Positions 28,224 through 38,836 of a DNA stretch of 64,000 nt are shown one piece after another; positions within the stretch are counted from its first letter, which is position 1; every line of letters starts with the position of its first letter. The position numbers were made by a program, and so were the translations under genes. The notes beneath the pieces were generated by a model, which was given only the letters and a program-made list of their open reading frames with translations, did not search any database and had not been told where the DNA came from. This DNA comes from Obrimoposthia wandeli (lineage: Eukaryota): contig CDROCS010003917.1 in the NCBI GenBank assembly GCA_977020255.1, positions 124,001 through 188,000 of the forward strand, given 5' to 3'.

Positions 28224-31069
28224 GTTCTAATATCAATGATGCGTTTACTGATCGGGTTGTTGGCAATAGCCGCTTGAGAGCCCTGTGAACAGTGCAGTGT
28301 TTGCACTTCAAAGCCCTGGCTGTTGAGTTGGTTTTTAAAGTTATTCATACGCTGCTCTATTTCATGTACTGTGCTTAATTGTGTGCATAAAAATGTGGTT
28401 GATATTGTGTTGTCAGTTGGGTTAAGTGCAACTTCAGCATCTACTTCACCACGCTCTTCTAAATCAAAGTGTAATTTCACACTCCAAATAGCGACAAAAT
28501 CACCTTCATCATTGATGTGTTTACGCTGCTTTATTTCAATTTCAACATTATCAAGCTTCTCATTGTGTTGAACAGGGATATCTATCTGAAAAGATCGTTC
28601 GTTACTGATGTCAGCTTTTAAATGTTGTTGCTGAACATGACTAAGCTGATTGGTAGTGACTCTGGCAAGCATGCGTTCAGTAGTGTTTTGCAGCATTTCT
28701 TTTTGCTCAGTCGGTAGCTGTTCTGCAAGGCGGTTCAGTTTGGCTAAAAAGTTTTTCATATCTCCTTGTTGCCCACCACTTTGGCTAACCAGTTTACTTT
28801 CAGTGAACAATCCCCCTTGCTGAATATTGCGCTTCACAGTATCACTACTATTGTTGGCACCTGGCTTGACACCAAATAGCTGCATTATGCTCATCGTGAT
28901 TTTATCAACAGATGCTTGTGCAGGGGATGCGATACTCGCAAACTGTGCAGTTTGGTTCACTAATTGATTAATGCCTTCAGCAATAGGAATTTGTTGCGGT
29001 AGAGCTTGGCGTAAACTGTGCTCCATTAATTGTGCTTGTTTAGGGCTCAGAATCGGTGGCGTTACTTGTGGTGTTGGAGCTTGGCTTGCTTGCTGCCATT
29101 GAATGTTAGCTTGAACACCTTCTGTTCGAGTTATTTGCACATTTTGTAATGGAGGTAAATTTGCAGGCGCTTGCAAAGTTATTGATTGGCCAGCTACAGC
29201 AACTTTAATCGCGGCATTGTTAGAGGGCAGAGCATTCAATTGCAAATTTTGTGGAATATTTTGCCGGTTCATTAAAGTATCAGCTGAGGTCTTAGTTGTT
29301 AATGATTGGGATGGGGATTGTAGAGAAGTTGATTGAGAAGCTAAAAGAGGTGAAGTGTTTTGTGCAGAAGAACTTGGCTGTGAAGATGGATTTGTTGCAG
29401 AGAAACCTGCTGCAATAGCTTTTATGCCAAGGTTTTGTTGGTTTACACTGGAAGCAGTTTGAGGTGCAGGGATAGAGTTGGTAGGCACAGAAGGACTATT
29501 AGTAGTGTTGTTATTTTGAATGCTGCCTATATTAGGGTTTACAACAGCGCTTGATGCTGAAGCTGGGTTTGCTGTTTGATTAGCCGTTGCTGCAAGTGTT
29601 GAAGGAGTCGAAACTGATGGCGTTGTTGTCGCTATTGTAGGTGATGGGGCTGGCGAAGCCGTCGCTGCTATATTATTCGACAAATTAACGGTGGGAGGCG
29701 TGGCATTAACTCTATTTTGAGAGGGTGGCGCTTGTGGTACTCCAGGTGAGCTAGAGGTTGGAGTGCTCTGATTGTTTGTATTATTTGCAAGTGTAGCGAC
29801 AGGTTGAGTCAGATTAGGGCTTTTAACGGCATTTTGTAGCGAAGCTTGCTGAAGAGCCCCAGGGTGAGACTGAGTATTTGTTATAGTGCTAGCCGTTTGA
29901 GTTGTTACCGCTTTAACATCTGTAGGTGAATTAGCAATAGAAGCTGAGGTGGGAATTGGTCTCGAATCATAGGTATTGCTGGTACTGTTAGGCTGAGTGC
30001 TTGTTGCAGCATTAGCGGGTTGTGATGTTAGCGCTTTAGCATCAGTAGGTAAATTTGCAACAGGAGCTGGAGCAACTCTTGCGCTGTAAGTATTGCTTGT
30101 GTTGTTAGGCTGAGTATTTGTTACAACGCTAGTAGCTTGTGATATTACCGCTTTAGCATCAGTAGGCGTGTTGGTAACAGGACTTTGAGCAGGTCTCGTG
30201 GTGTTTGGCGGTGTTTGGTTAATCGTTGCTGTAGCGTTAGTGTTTACCCCAGTAGTCTGATTGATAGGTGAAGTGCCTGTTGCTACTTGCGTAATATTTG
30301 TAAGAGAATTGTTGAGTATCGAAGGGGGTTGAGTTGAATTGACATTGGAAGTGGTATTTGAATTAGTTTGAATAGCCGCATTAGTCAAGCTGTTGCTCAG
30401 TTGAGCTGATGTTGCATTAGTGGCAGTCGCGATATTTTGAGAGTTGCCCAATGGAACAGAGCTAGTATTAGCGCTAGTATTGTTTAATAAAGAGCTATTT
30501 TGGCTAATGACTCTTGCGGTTAAAGTTTCGCCTTTAGGCAAGGCAAGTTCAATGGCGCTCAAAGTGCTACCGCTAGCATTAATGATAACGGGTGCTTTAA
30601 GGATAACTTTGCCAGAATCACCTGAAGCTGTTAGAGGTGAACTCGTCGCTGAAATATTAGCAAGTAAAGCTTTAGCATTTAGTATGGTTTTATCTGTAGC
30701 TTGATTACTAACAGGTTGATTACTGGTAGTGTTCGCGACTGGCTTATTATCAGTGCTCTTATTCGTCGTTTGGTTATCAGCGATTACTTTTAGTTGAATT
30801 TGACCGTCGTTTGAGCGCTGTACAATTACGCTGCTTCCTGCTTCAGGTATGTTTGCAGAAAATTTGGCAGATAGCTGGATTACCGTGTTATTGATTTCCA
30901 GTTTAACCCGATGAGTACTTTGCTGAGCTTTATCAGGGTTTAATTGAGTAACTTGTGTTACTTTTGCTTGAACTGCTTTTCCACTGGGTAATGCTACTTC
31001 AATAGATGTAGCAGAAGAGGCACTTCTTGTCGCTAAAACTTTCCCTTGTGCAAGCGCCTGAGCATCCAT
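28220..31069 (-). CDS. FliK-like flagellar hook-length control family protein with a long low-complexity region
   Basis: C-terminal FliK-type domain (WSVKLHFDLEERGEVDA..LNSQGFEV), a very long S/T/N/P/Q-rich middle, and a 4-bp overlap with the FlhB-tail gene. Confidence 0.8.
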   Translation of the reverse strand: MDAQALAQGKVLATRSASSATSIEVALPSGKAVQAKVTQVTQLNPDKAQQSTHRVKLEINNTVIQLSAKFSANIPEAGSSVIVQRSNDGQIQLKVIADNQTTNKSTDNKPVANTTSNQPVSNQATDKTILNAKALLANISATSSPLTASGDSGKVILKAPVIINASGSTLSAIELALPKGETLTARVISQNSSLLNNTSANTSSVPLGNSQNIATATNATSAQLSNSLTNAAIQTNSNTTSNVNSTQPPSILNNSLTNITQVATGTSPINQTTGVNTNATATINQTPPNTTRPAQSPVTNTPTDAKAVISQATSVVTNTQPNNTSNTYSARVAPAPVANLPTDAKALTSQPANAATSTQPNSTSNTYDSRPIPTSASIANSPTDVKAVTTQTASTITNTQSHPGALQQASLQNAVKSPNLTQPVATLANNTNNQSTPTSSSPGVPQAPPSQNRVNATPPTVNLSNNIAATASPAPSPTIATTTPSVSTPSTLAATANQTANPASASSAVVNPNIGSIQNNNTTNSPSVPTNSIPAPQTASSVNQQNLGIKAIAAGFSATNPSSQPSSSAQNTSPLLASQSTSLQSPSQSLTTKTSADTLMNRQNIPQNLQLNALPSNNAAIKVAVAGQSITLQAPANLPPLQNVQITRTEGVQANIQWQQASQAPTPQVTPPILSPKQAQLMEHSLRQALPQQIPIAEGINQLVNQTAQFASIASPAQASVDKITMSIMQLFGVKPGANNSSDTVKRNIQQGGLFTESKLVSQSGGQQGDMKNFLAKLNRLAEQLPTEQKEMLQNTTERMLARVTTNQLSHVQQQHLKADISNERSFQIDIPVQHNEKLDNVEIEIKQRKHINDEGDFVAIWSVKLHFDLEERGEVDAEVALNPTDNTISTTFLCTQLSTVHEIEQRMNNFKNQLNSQGFEVQTLHCSQGSQAAIANNPISKRIIDIRT
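29871..30230 (-). repeat. Three degenerate ~120-bp coding tandem repeats within the FliK-like gene
   Basis: TGAGT(A/G)(T/C)TTGTT..TTA(C/G)CGCTTTA(A/G)CATC(T/A)GTAGG recurs at 29871, 29994 and 30111 (periods 123 and 117 bp). Protein unit PTD(A/V)KA.TSQ....TNTQPN.TSNTY. Confidence 0.8.
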
Positions 31070-31327
31070 ATTTTAAGCCTCTGTCAAAATCACCGCCGCT
31101 AAGCTAACCAACCGGTAATTTATTTAAAGTGTTCAGTCGTTATAGACGTTTTAAAATTGTTTATGTTATCTATAATATCAGGTGGTTTTTATTAGATCAG
31201 TTAACGTAAAAAAACTATGAAAAACTGATCTATAGCAATGCTACTTTATTAGATAACCGTTTATAATGCGCTGCATTAACGGTTAATAGACATACATCAC
31301 TAAACCAATAATACCTTATTGAGAATA

Positions 31328-31354
31328 GTATCGGCAGAAAAGTGGCAAATTGTA
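31328..31354 (-). promoter_or_regulatory. Sigma-28 (FliA)-type promoter for the FliK-like/FlhB-tail operon
   Basis: Minus strand reads TACAATTT-N11-GCCGATAC, against the consensus TAAAGTTT-N11-GCCGATAA. Confidence 0.6.
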
Positions 31355-31582
31355 GTTAAATTTGCTTCGCTTTTCTGTTTGAAGGGTAAAACACCAATAA
31401 GGGTGTATGTAGTGTAATACAGATAATGATTAGCTTTATTGCTAAGGTGTTACGATCTATGAAGTGGTGACGGTGGCTTTACTAAAAGATGTTGATATCT
31501 ATCCATTGTATTCATTTTATTTCTTTAGTGAGTACTGATAACTTAGAAAGGCAGTAGCAAAATTATTATTGAGGAATCCAGT

Positions 31583-32230
31583 GTGGCAGCATTGCTGTTA
31601 GATGTTCACAATCTATATTGTGAAAGGGATGATCGAGTTTTGTTTGAACATTTATCGTTTGAGTTAAAGCAAGGTCAAATTTTACAGTTAGTCGGCAAAA
31701 ATGGGAGTGGTAAAACATCGTTGCTTAGAATTTTATGTGGTTTATATAGTAACTACGAAGGCAGTGTGAGTTTTTTAGGTGAAGAGATAACAGCCTCTAG
31801 AGATGCTTATAATAGTGCGCTGTTGTATATCGGTCATAATGTAAGTGTCAAGGTTGGCTTAACCGCCCGAGAAAACTTAACTTGGTATGCTAAGATTCAA
31901 CCTCAGCTCGATGAGAAGCTTATTGATGAAGCTTTGGCAAAGGTCGGTTTAAAAGGTTATGAAGAGGTCATTTGTCAAAACTTATCGGCAGGTCAAAAGC
32001 GTAGGGTGAATTTAGCTAGATTATTTATGCTTAATGAAAACTCTTTTGATAAAACGCTATGGATATTAGATGAGCCTTTCACTGCAATTGATGTCGAGGG
32101 AGTGCACAATTTAGAGCAACAAATAGCGTATTATGTGAATAATGGTGGAGCAGTGTTAATAACTACTCACCAAGAATTACAAATAAAAGAGAATTTAGAG
32201 CAGTTAAATTTAGATGAATGGGGAACTTAA
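31583..32230 (+). CDS. ccmA: Heme export ABC ATPase CcmA
   Basis: GKNGSGKT, LSAGQKRR, WILDEPF and ITTHQ motifs; first gene of the ccm operon. Confidence 0.93.
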   Translation: MAALLLDVHNLYCERDDRVLFEHLSFELKQGQILQLVGKNGSGKTSLLRILCGLYSNYEGSVSFLGEEITASRDAYNSALLYIGHNVSVKVGLTARENLTWYAKIQPQLDEKLIDEALAKVGLKGYEEVICQNLSAGQKRRVNLARLFMLNENSFDKTLWILDEPFTAIDVEGVHNLEQQIAYYVNNGGAVLITTHQELQIKENLEQLNLDEWGT

Positions 32231-32309
32231 CCTTTGTTCATAGGGCTAATAACACGGCTGAAGCAAAAATGAACGAATCAGTCGCTTTAATAAATAATGA
32301 TGTCTTTAT

Positions 32310-32981
32310 ATGATGAAAATTTTTTGGGCAGAGCTAAGTAGAGATTTACTTCTAGCCTACAGACGTAAAGGGGATTTATTAAACCCCTTACTTTTTTTTG
32401 TGATGGTTGTAGCGCTGTTTCCATTAGGGGTTAGCCCCGCAGCTGATTTTTTAAGCCAGTTAGCGCCTGGCGTGTTATGGGTCTCTGCATTGTTAGCAGC
32501 CTTGTTATCTTTAGATAATCTGTTTAAAGCTGATTTTGAAGATGGCACATTAGAGCAGTTACTACTCAGCCCCGAATCTACTTATGTCATTGCTTTGGCA
32601 AAAGCAGTTGCTCACTGGTTAACAACAGGGCTGCCACTAGCACTGTTGGCACCTTTACTGGCGGTAATGTTATTTTTACCGAGTAATGCAATCCCTACAT
32701 TGGTAGTTACATTGCTTTTAGGGACACCTACATTGAGTTTAGTGGGCGCGATTGCAGCAGCACTAACAGTTGGTTTGAAAAAAGGAGGCGTTTTAATTTC
32801 TTTATTAGTTATACCACTGTATATCCCAGTGTTGATTTTTGGAGCGAGTGCAGTACAAAACGCCACTCAAAATTTACCAGTGCAAGCTTACCTTGCGATA
32901 TTAGGTGCTATGTTAGCTTTAAGTATAGTGTTAGCACCTTTTGCGATAGCGGCATCTTTAAGAGTATCAGTGAGTAGTTGA
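32310..32981 (+). CDS. ccmB: Heme exporter protein CcmB
   Basis: NPLLFF, PGVLW and FKADFEDGTLEQLLL motifs. Confidence 0.93.
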   Translation: MMKIFWAELSRDLLLAYRRKGDLLNPLLFFVMVVALFPLGVSPAADFLSQLAPGVLWVSALLAALLSLDNLFKADFEDGTLEQLLLSPESTYVIALAKAVAHWLTTGLPLALLAPLLAVMLFLPSNAIPTLVVTLLLGTPTLSLVGAIAAALTVGLKKGGVLISLLVIPLYIPVLIFGASAVQNATQNLPVQAYLAILGAMLALSIVLAPFAIAASLRVSVSS

Positions 32982-32983
32982 AA

Positions 32984-33739
32984 ATGGTTAAAAAACAGAT
33001 TATGCCAAAATGGTTCTATCAAATGGCATCACCAAAATGGTGCTATCAAATATCAGGTAAACTACTACCTATATTTTCTATCGCTGCACTATTGTTATTA
33101 GTAGCAGGGGTCGTCTGGGGGTTACTATTTGCCCCACAAGATTATCAGCAAGGTAATAGTTTTCGTATTATTTATATTCATGTTCCCAGTGCTATTCTGG
33201 CGCAATCAATTTACCTAACCATGGCCGTTGCAGGTGGTGTTGGTATTATTTGGAAAATGAAAATCGCTGATATGGTAGCCTATTCTTGCGCGCCAATAGG
33301 TGCTTCTATGGCGTTTATCGCTTTATTGACTGGCGCAATTTGGGGAAAGCCAACTTGGGGCTCATGGTGGGTTTGGGACGCTAGATTGACCTCTATGTTG
33401 ATTCTATTGTTTTTATACTTTGGCGTGATGGCAATGTACTCCGCGATGGAAAAGCCAGAGAATGCAGCACGCTCAGTCGCTATTTTATCTTTAGTCGGTC
33501 TAGTTAATATACCCATCATCAAATACTCTGTTGATTGGTGGAATACTTTACACCAGCCAGCAACGTTTACATTGACAGAAAAACCCGCGATGCCTGTTGA
33601 AATGTGGCTGCCTTTACTCGTGATGGTAATTGGGTTTTATTGTTTTTTTGCCACTACAATGTTGATGCGATTACGCAATGAAATTTTAGTCAGAGAAAAG
33701 CGCGCAAGCTGGGTAAAGCAATTAGTATCAGACAGCTGA
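32984..33739 (+). CDS. ccmC: Heme exporter protein CcmC
   Basis: WWD domain WGKPTWGSWWVWDARLTS, with flanking histidines YIHVP and TLHQP. Confidence 0.95.
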   Translation: MVKKQIMPKWFYQMASPKWCYQISGKLLPIFSIAALLLLVAGVVWGLLFAPQDYQQGNSFRIIYIHVPSAILAQSIYLTMAVAGGVGIIWKMKIADMVAYSCAPIGASMAFIALLTGAIWGKPTWGSWWVWDARLTSMLILLFLYFGVMAMYSAMEKPENAARSVAILSLVGLVNIPIIKYSVDWWNTLHQPATFTLTEKPAMPVEMWLPLLVMVIGFYCFFATTMLMRLRNEILVREKRASWVKQLVSDS

Positions 33740-33802
33740 GCTAATTAAGGGTTGGGCGAATTAGCAAGTTGAACAAGATAGCCAGTGTAAAAGGTAAAAA
33801 AG

Positions 33803-33979
33803 ATGCAGTTTGAAACATGGTTAGAGGTAATGGAAATGGGCGGACACGGACTTTATGTGTGGAGCAGTTTTGGTTTGACAGCATTAGTGATTGCTTTAAA
33901 TGTAATTGTGCCATTAAACGCACATAAGAAAACTCGAGTATCCCTTAAAAAGAAATTCCAGCGAGAGAATAACAGCTAA
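33803..33979 (+). CDS. ccmD: Heme exporter protein CcmD (58 aa; not in the ORF track)
   Basis: Hand translation [66 protein letters not shown] motif; the stop overlaps the ccmE start (TAATG). Confidence 0.9.
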   Translation: MQFETWLEVMEMGGHGLYVWSSFGLTALVIALNVIVPLNAHKKTRVSLKKKFQRENNS

Positions 33980-34464
33980 TGACACCGAAGAGAAAAAAAC
34001 GCTTAGTGCTAGTTTTATTTGTAGTATTTGGCGCTGCAATTGCCGTCGGTTTAGCAATGTTTGCTCTGAACCAAAATATCAGTTTGTTTTTCTCACCTAA
34101 GCAAATTATGAACGGAGAAGCACCGGTTGAAACTCGCATTAGAGTGGGAGGAATGGTGGTTGAAGGCAGTGTTAAACGTGCAGATAACAGTTTAAAAACA
34201 GAGTTTGCAATTACTGACTACGCAGAGCAGGTGACGGTCATTTACGAAGGGATATTACCGGATCTTTTTAGAGAAGGGCAAGGGATTGTCGCGCAGGGAA
34301 GTCTTGATAAACAAGGTGTTTTCCAAGCCGTAGAAGTATTGGCTAAACACGATGAGAAATATATGCCTCCAGAAGTAGCAGATGCACTTGAAAAATCGGG
34401 TGTTAGTAAAGATCAAGATCAATCCCAGGGTACAAAACCGGCATCAACAGGAGCTTATCAATGA
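33979..34464 (+). CDS. ccmE: Heme chaperone CcmE
   Basis: [10 protein letters not shown] and [13 protein letters not shown] motifs. Confidence 0.95.
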   Translation: MTPKRKKRLVLVLFVVFGAAIAVGLAMFALNQNISLFFSPKQIMNGEAPVETRIRVGGMVVEGSVKRADNSLKTEFAITDYAEQVTVIYEGILPDLFREGQGIVAQGSLDKQGVFQAVEVLAKHDEKYMPPEVADALEKSGVSKDQDQSQGTKPASTGAYQ

Positions 34465-36416
34465 TTCCTGAAATAGGTGAGTACTCACTAATTTTAGCCC
34501 TAGTGTTATCAGTTTTTTTAGCTGTTATCCCAATGGTTGGGGCCACGAAAGGTGATGTTTTCTTAATGAGCTTCGCCAAGCCGCTAGCAAAATCTCTTTT
34601 TTTATTTTTATTTATCAGTATGGTTTGTTTAGGTTATGCCTTCGCGACAGATGATTTTAGTGTTAAGTATGTCGCAGGTAATTCTAACAGCGCTTTGCCT
34701 ATTTATTACAAACTGAGCGCCATATGGGGAGGGCACGAAGGTTCGCTATTGCTGTGGGTGTTCATTCTTAGCGGCTGGATTTTTGCAGTAGCGATAAAGT
34801 CTGATGGTTTGCCGATGGATATAATGGCTAGAGTGTTATCAGTGTTGGGTATGGTTGGCGTTGGCTTTATATCATTTACCTTGGTTACTTCTAGTCCTTT
34901 TGAACGTTTATTATTAAATACACCTGCAGAAGGCGCTGATTTAAATCCGCTACTTCAGGATATTGGTCTTATTATTCATCCTCCTTTACTTTATATGGGG
35001 TATGTCGGCTTCTCAGTTGCTTTCGCTTTTGCTATTGCCGCTTTGTTAAGTGGTAAACTGGATGTTGCATGGTCCCGTTGGACCAGACCATGGACAAATG
35101 TATCTTGGGCTTTCTTGACCATTGGTATCACATTAGGCAGCTGGTGGGCGTATTACGAACTTGGCTGGGGCGGATGGTGGTTTTGGGATCCTGTTGAAAA
35201 TGCTTCTTTTATGCCATGGCTAATGGGTACTGCATTAGTGCATTCACTAGCAGTAACAGAGAAACGCGGACTATTTAAAAGCTGGACGTTATTGCTCGCT
35301 ATCTTTACGTTCTCACTTAGCTTACTAGGTACTTTTTTAGTGCGCTCAGGTGTACTTACATCAGTGCATTCATTTGCCGCAGATCCAGAGCGAGGCCTCT
35401 ATATTTTGGTGCTGCTAGCTATTACCGTAGGCGGGTCGTTATTACTCTATGCGATTAAAGCTTATGATATGAAAAGTGAATCAGATTTCGAACTGTGCTC
35501 TAGAGAAACATTATTACTAGTCAATAACGTAGTATTAGTGATCATGTGTTCTATGGTGTTGATCGGCACATTGTATCCGCTAGTTGTCGATGCAATGGAT
35601 GCGGGGAAAATATCAGTTGGCCCTCCTTATTTTAATGCTCTGTTTGTCCCTTTTAGTTTGATATTAGTTTTTTTCATGGGGATAGGAATACTCTTGCGTT
35701 GGAAAAAAAGTAGTCCACAACGCATGTTTAAACAATTATTACCTTCTTTGGTATTAGCTGTTATTTGCGGGATAGCAGCAGCTTATATTTTTAACAGTGA
35801 AATGGCATTCAAAGCAACGCTCGCGTTGGTGTTATCTTTTTGGGTTGTATTTAGTTTACTCGCTGATGCTTATAATAAAATTTCTAATAAAAAGGATAAG
35901 TTGAGTAGTTTGTCCAAATTACCAAAAAGTTATTGGGCAATGCAAATAGCACATTTAGGTGTAGTTGTATCGCTAGTAGGCGTCGCATTAGTAGCCACCT
36001 ACAGTGAAGAGCGTGATATTCGTATGGTAGCTGGTGATACTGTGACGCTTGGTGATTACAAATTTGAGTTTAAAGGAGCTAAAGCACTAATAGGACCCAA
36101 TTATAAAGGTGATGTAGGCACGGTTGTCGTCTATAAAAACCAACAGTTCTTTGCAGAAATGCATCCAGAGAAAAGATTGTATCTAGCTCGCGGCAGCATG
36201 ATGACGGAAGCTGATATTAATGCTGGTGTATTTGCTGATATATTTGTAGCTTTAGGCGAACCACTAAACGATGGTGCATGGGCTGTAAGATTGCAATATA
36301 AGCCTTTCATGCGCTGGGTATGGTTTGGAGGGTTGCTAATGATGATCGCTGGTTTGTTAACGGCTTTTGATCGGCGTTATCGTATTAAAAAAACCTTGAA
36401 AACAGCACTGGCTTAA
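34461..36416 (+). CDS. ccmF: Cytochrome c biogenesis heme lyase CcmF
   Basis: [34 protein letters not shown] and SVHSFA motifs. Confidence 0.95.
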   Translation: MIPEIGEYSLILALVLSVFLAVIPMVGATKGDVFLMSFAKPLAKSLFLFLFISMVCLGYAFATDDFSVKYVAGNSNSALPIYYKLSAIWGGHEGSLLLWVFILSGWIFAVAIKSDGLPMDIMARVLSVLGMVGVGFISFTLVTSSPFERLLLNTPAEGADLNPLLQDIGLIIHPPLLYMGYVGFSVAFAFAIAALLSGKLDVAWSRWTRPWTNVSWAFLTIGITLGSWWAYYELGWGGWWFWDPVENASFMPWLMGTALVHSLAVTEKRGLFKSWTLLLAIFTFSLSLLGTFLVRSGVLTSVHSFAADPERGLYILVLLAITVGGSLLLYAIKAYDMKSESDFELCSRETLLLVNNVVLVIMCSMVLIGTLYPLVVDAMDAGKISVGPPYFNALFVPFSLILVFFMGIGILLRWKKSSPQRMFKQLLPSLVLAVICGIAAAYIFNSEMAFKATLALVLSFWVVFSLLADAYNKISNKKDKLSSLSKLPKSYWAMQIAHLGVVVSLVGVALVATYSEERDIRMVAGDTVTLGDYKFEFKGAKALIGPNYKGDVGTVVVYKNQQFFAEMHPEKRLYLARGSMMTEADINAGVFADIFVALGEPLNDGAWAVRLQYKPFMRWVWFGGLLMMIAGLLTAFDRRYRIKKTLKTALA

Positions 36417-36508
36417 GTGCTGCATATCTATCAATAATATTTGTTAGTAACACACGTTTAAAGAAAAGAGCTAGTGATTAAGCTCTTACAGTATTTAGGA
36501 TTGAAAAT

Positions 36509-37051
36509 ATGCGCCGAGTTTTATTGTTTGTCCCGTTAATTGCCTGTTTTATTTTAGGAATACTTTTTGTAAAAGGTTTATCACTTAATCCAACGGATTT
36601 ACCTTCCGCTAAAATTGGTAAAGCTTTCCCAAGCTTTAATTTACCTGATTTAAGAGATGGCGCCAAAAAAGTCAGCGAAAAAAGCTTAACAGGTACTGTG
36701 CGTTTAGTGAATGTATGGGCTACTTGGTGTCCAACTTGCAAACAAGAGCACAGCTTTTTAAATAAATTAGCTGAAACTGAAGGCGTTGAAATAGTTGGTA
36801 TTAACTATAAAGATGAACGCAATAAAGCTGCACAGTGGTTAAAGCGTTACGGAGATCCATATGTCTTTAATGTTTATGATGAACAAGGCAGCCTAGGTTT
36901 AGATTTGGGAGTATATGGAGCCCCTGAAACCTACATAGTTGATGTTGATGGTGTTATTCAGTATCGACATGTTGGTGAAGTTAATGCAGATGTTTGGCTT
37001 GAACTAAAAGTTAAAATGCAAGCACTAGGTTGGAGCGCAAGTAAATCATGA
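36509..37051 (+). CDS. ccmG: Thiol:disulfide interchange protein CcmG/DsbE
   Basis: NVWATWCPTC and GVYGAPETY motifs. Confidence 0.93.
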   Translation: MRRVLLFVPLIACFILGILFVKGLSLNPTDLPSAKIGKAFPSFNLPDLRDGAKKVSEKSLTGTVRLVNVWATWCPTCKQEHSFLNKLAETEGVEIVGINYKDERNKAAQWLKRYGDPYVFNVYDEQGSLGLDLGVYGAPETYIVDVDGVIQYRHVGEVNADVWLELKVKMQALGWSASKS

Positions 37052-37536
37052 AATACATAGTATTGATGTTGATATTGTTTTCATTACCCAGTGTTGCCGC
37101 AATAGATACTTTTAAATTTGATACGGACGAAAAGAGAGAGCTTTTCCGACAATTAAGTGAGGAACTGCGCTGCCCTAAGTGTCAAAATCAAAATTTAGCG
37201 GATTCCAATTCTCCCATCGCTAAAGATTTACGCATAGAATTGTATCGTATGGTTATTGATGGGCAAAGCACCACACAAATAAAAAATTTCATGGTAGAGC
37301 GATATGGACAGTTTGTGCTATATCGCCCTTCAGTGAATTCATTAACGTATGTACTTTGGTACGGACCTTTTGTGTTACTTTTCATCGGCTTTATGGTTGT
37401 TTTCAGTTTGAGTAGAAATAAAAAAGTGGCCAAAAATAAAGTTACCAATAATACAGCACAAAGTGCCTCATCAGGTACACCAACGGATACTCACCAACAA
37501 CGTTTAAAAGAACTTCTGGATAAAAAAGATGATTGA
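37048..37536 (+). CDS. ccmH: Cytochrome c biogenesis protein CcmH
   Basis: LRCPKCQNQNLADSNS and RYGQFVLYRP motifs. Confidence 0.93.
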   Translation: MKYIVLMLILFSLPSVAAIDTFKFDTDEKRELFRQLSEELRCPKCQNQNLADSNSPIAKDLRIELYRMVIDGQSTTQIKNFMVERYGQFVLYRPSVNSLTYVLWYGPFVLLFIGFMVVFSLSRNKKVAKNKVTNNTAQSASSGTPTDTHQQRLKELLDKKDD

Positions 37537-38779
37537 GCTGTGGTTAGGCGTAATTTTATTAACACTTGTTGCTATGTCATTTATTTGTTGGCCTTTGTTT
37601 GGTCTAGTCAAAGCTAATCAATCGGCAGTTGGCGTTAATAGGCAGCAAGAGAATATCAGCATTTTTGAGCAGCGTTTGGCTGAGTTACAAAAAGAACTAC
37701 AGCAAAATTTGTTGAATGAGGAAAGCTTTGCTGAATTAAAACTAGAATTAGAAAAAAACCTGCTTGTTGATGCGAGTCATGAAGATTCGAAATTGAAAAT
37801 ATTGGCTGCTGTGACAAAGCCGCAAATGATGATGGTGGTTGTGATTTGTTTCGCCCTTCCGATATTTTCATTGGGCTTATACGCTAAGTATGGGAGCTCA
37901 GAGGATTTGATGTGGGCCAACAATAAAAATAGTTCTCATCAATTACCCGATGGTGAAAAACCTACTGCAAAGCAGGCTATAGCGCTATTAGAAGAAGAGT
38001 TAGTCCGTGAGCCTAACAATGCTGAAGGTTGGTATATGTTGGCAGGCATTTATATGGGTGCTAATCAGTTTGATAAAGGAGCAGATGCTTTTGCAAAAGT
38101 ACTAGAAATCTTACCTGAAGAGTCTCCACAGTTCCCCAGCGTCGTAGGACAATATGCTCAATCGATATTTTTTATTGAAGGCAAAGTGTCCCAAAAGGTA
38201 CAGGCACAAATATCGCGCGCTTTAGCAATAGATGCAGATGAAGTGGTTTCTCTAGGATTACTGGGTATTGCTGCATTTGAAACGAATGAATATCAATTGG
38301 CTATAGATTATTGGAATCATGCCTTGCAAAATGCAGAACCTAATGCAGCGCAGGCTTTAAAATCGGGTATTAGCAAAGCAGAACAACGCCTGACAGATGC
38401 CGGTATTTCCATCAAAAAATCGGAAATAACTAAACTTAATGTTGTTGTTGATGTCGAGATTAGTGATGCTTTAAAAGCACAGTTAAAAAACGATGCCGTT
38501 TTATTCGTGTTTGCCAGGCCTGTGGGTGGAAGAATTCCGTTAGCTGCTGTAAAAATGAAAGTATCAGATCTGCCAAAACGCGTTATTTTAGATGATAGTT
38601 TGGCAATGATGGCCAATGCAAAGATTTCTTTGCAGAAAAAGGTTGAAGTTAGTGCTAGAATCTCGCTTAGTGGTCAGCCTCAGTCGCAAAAAGGTGATTT
38701 TGAATCGGTTGTTTTAGTGTTAGATGTAATAGAAAATTCAAGTTCTGTTAAGCTGTTGATAAATAAAGTTGTTGAATAG
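37529..38779 (+). CDS. ccmI: Cytochrome c biogenesis protein CcmI (CycH, TPR)
   Basis: N-terminal TM segments, TPR-like region (PNNAEGWYML) and C-terminal PLAAVK..LDDSLAM domain. Confidence 0.9.
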   Translation: MIELWLGVILLTLVAMSFICWPLFGLVKANQSAVGVNRQQENISIFEQRLAELQKELQQNLLNEESFAELKLELEKNLLVDASHEDSKLKILAAVTKPQMMMVVVICFALPIFSLGLYAKYGSSEDLMWANNKNSSHQLPDGEKPTAKQAIALLEEELVREPNNAEGWYMLAGIYMGANQFDKGADAFAKVLEILPEESPQFPSVVGQYAQSIFFIEGKVSQKVQAQISRALAIDADEVVSLGLLGIAAFETNEYQLAIDYWNHALQNAEPNAAQALKSGISKAEQRLTDAGISIKKSEITKLNVVVDVEISDALKAQLKNDAVLFVFARPVGGRIPLAAVKMKVSDLPKRVILDDSLAMMANAKISLQKKVEVSARISLSGQPQSQKGDFESVVLVLDVIENSSSVKLLINKVVE

Positions 38780-38836
38780 ATATATTTTGTTTTATAGTCA
38801 ATATTAATTTGTAATGTAAGTTGGTGATTTCGATCT

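Noticed and set aside
29871-30230. CRISPR-like reading of the periodic repeats
   Set aside because: The repeats are degenerate, in-frame and coding, with no unique spacers and no cas genes.
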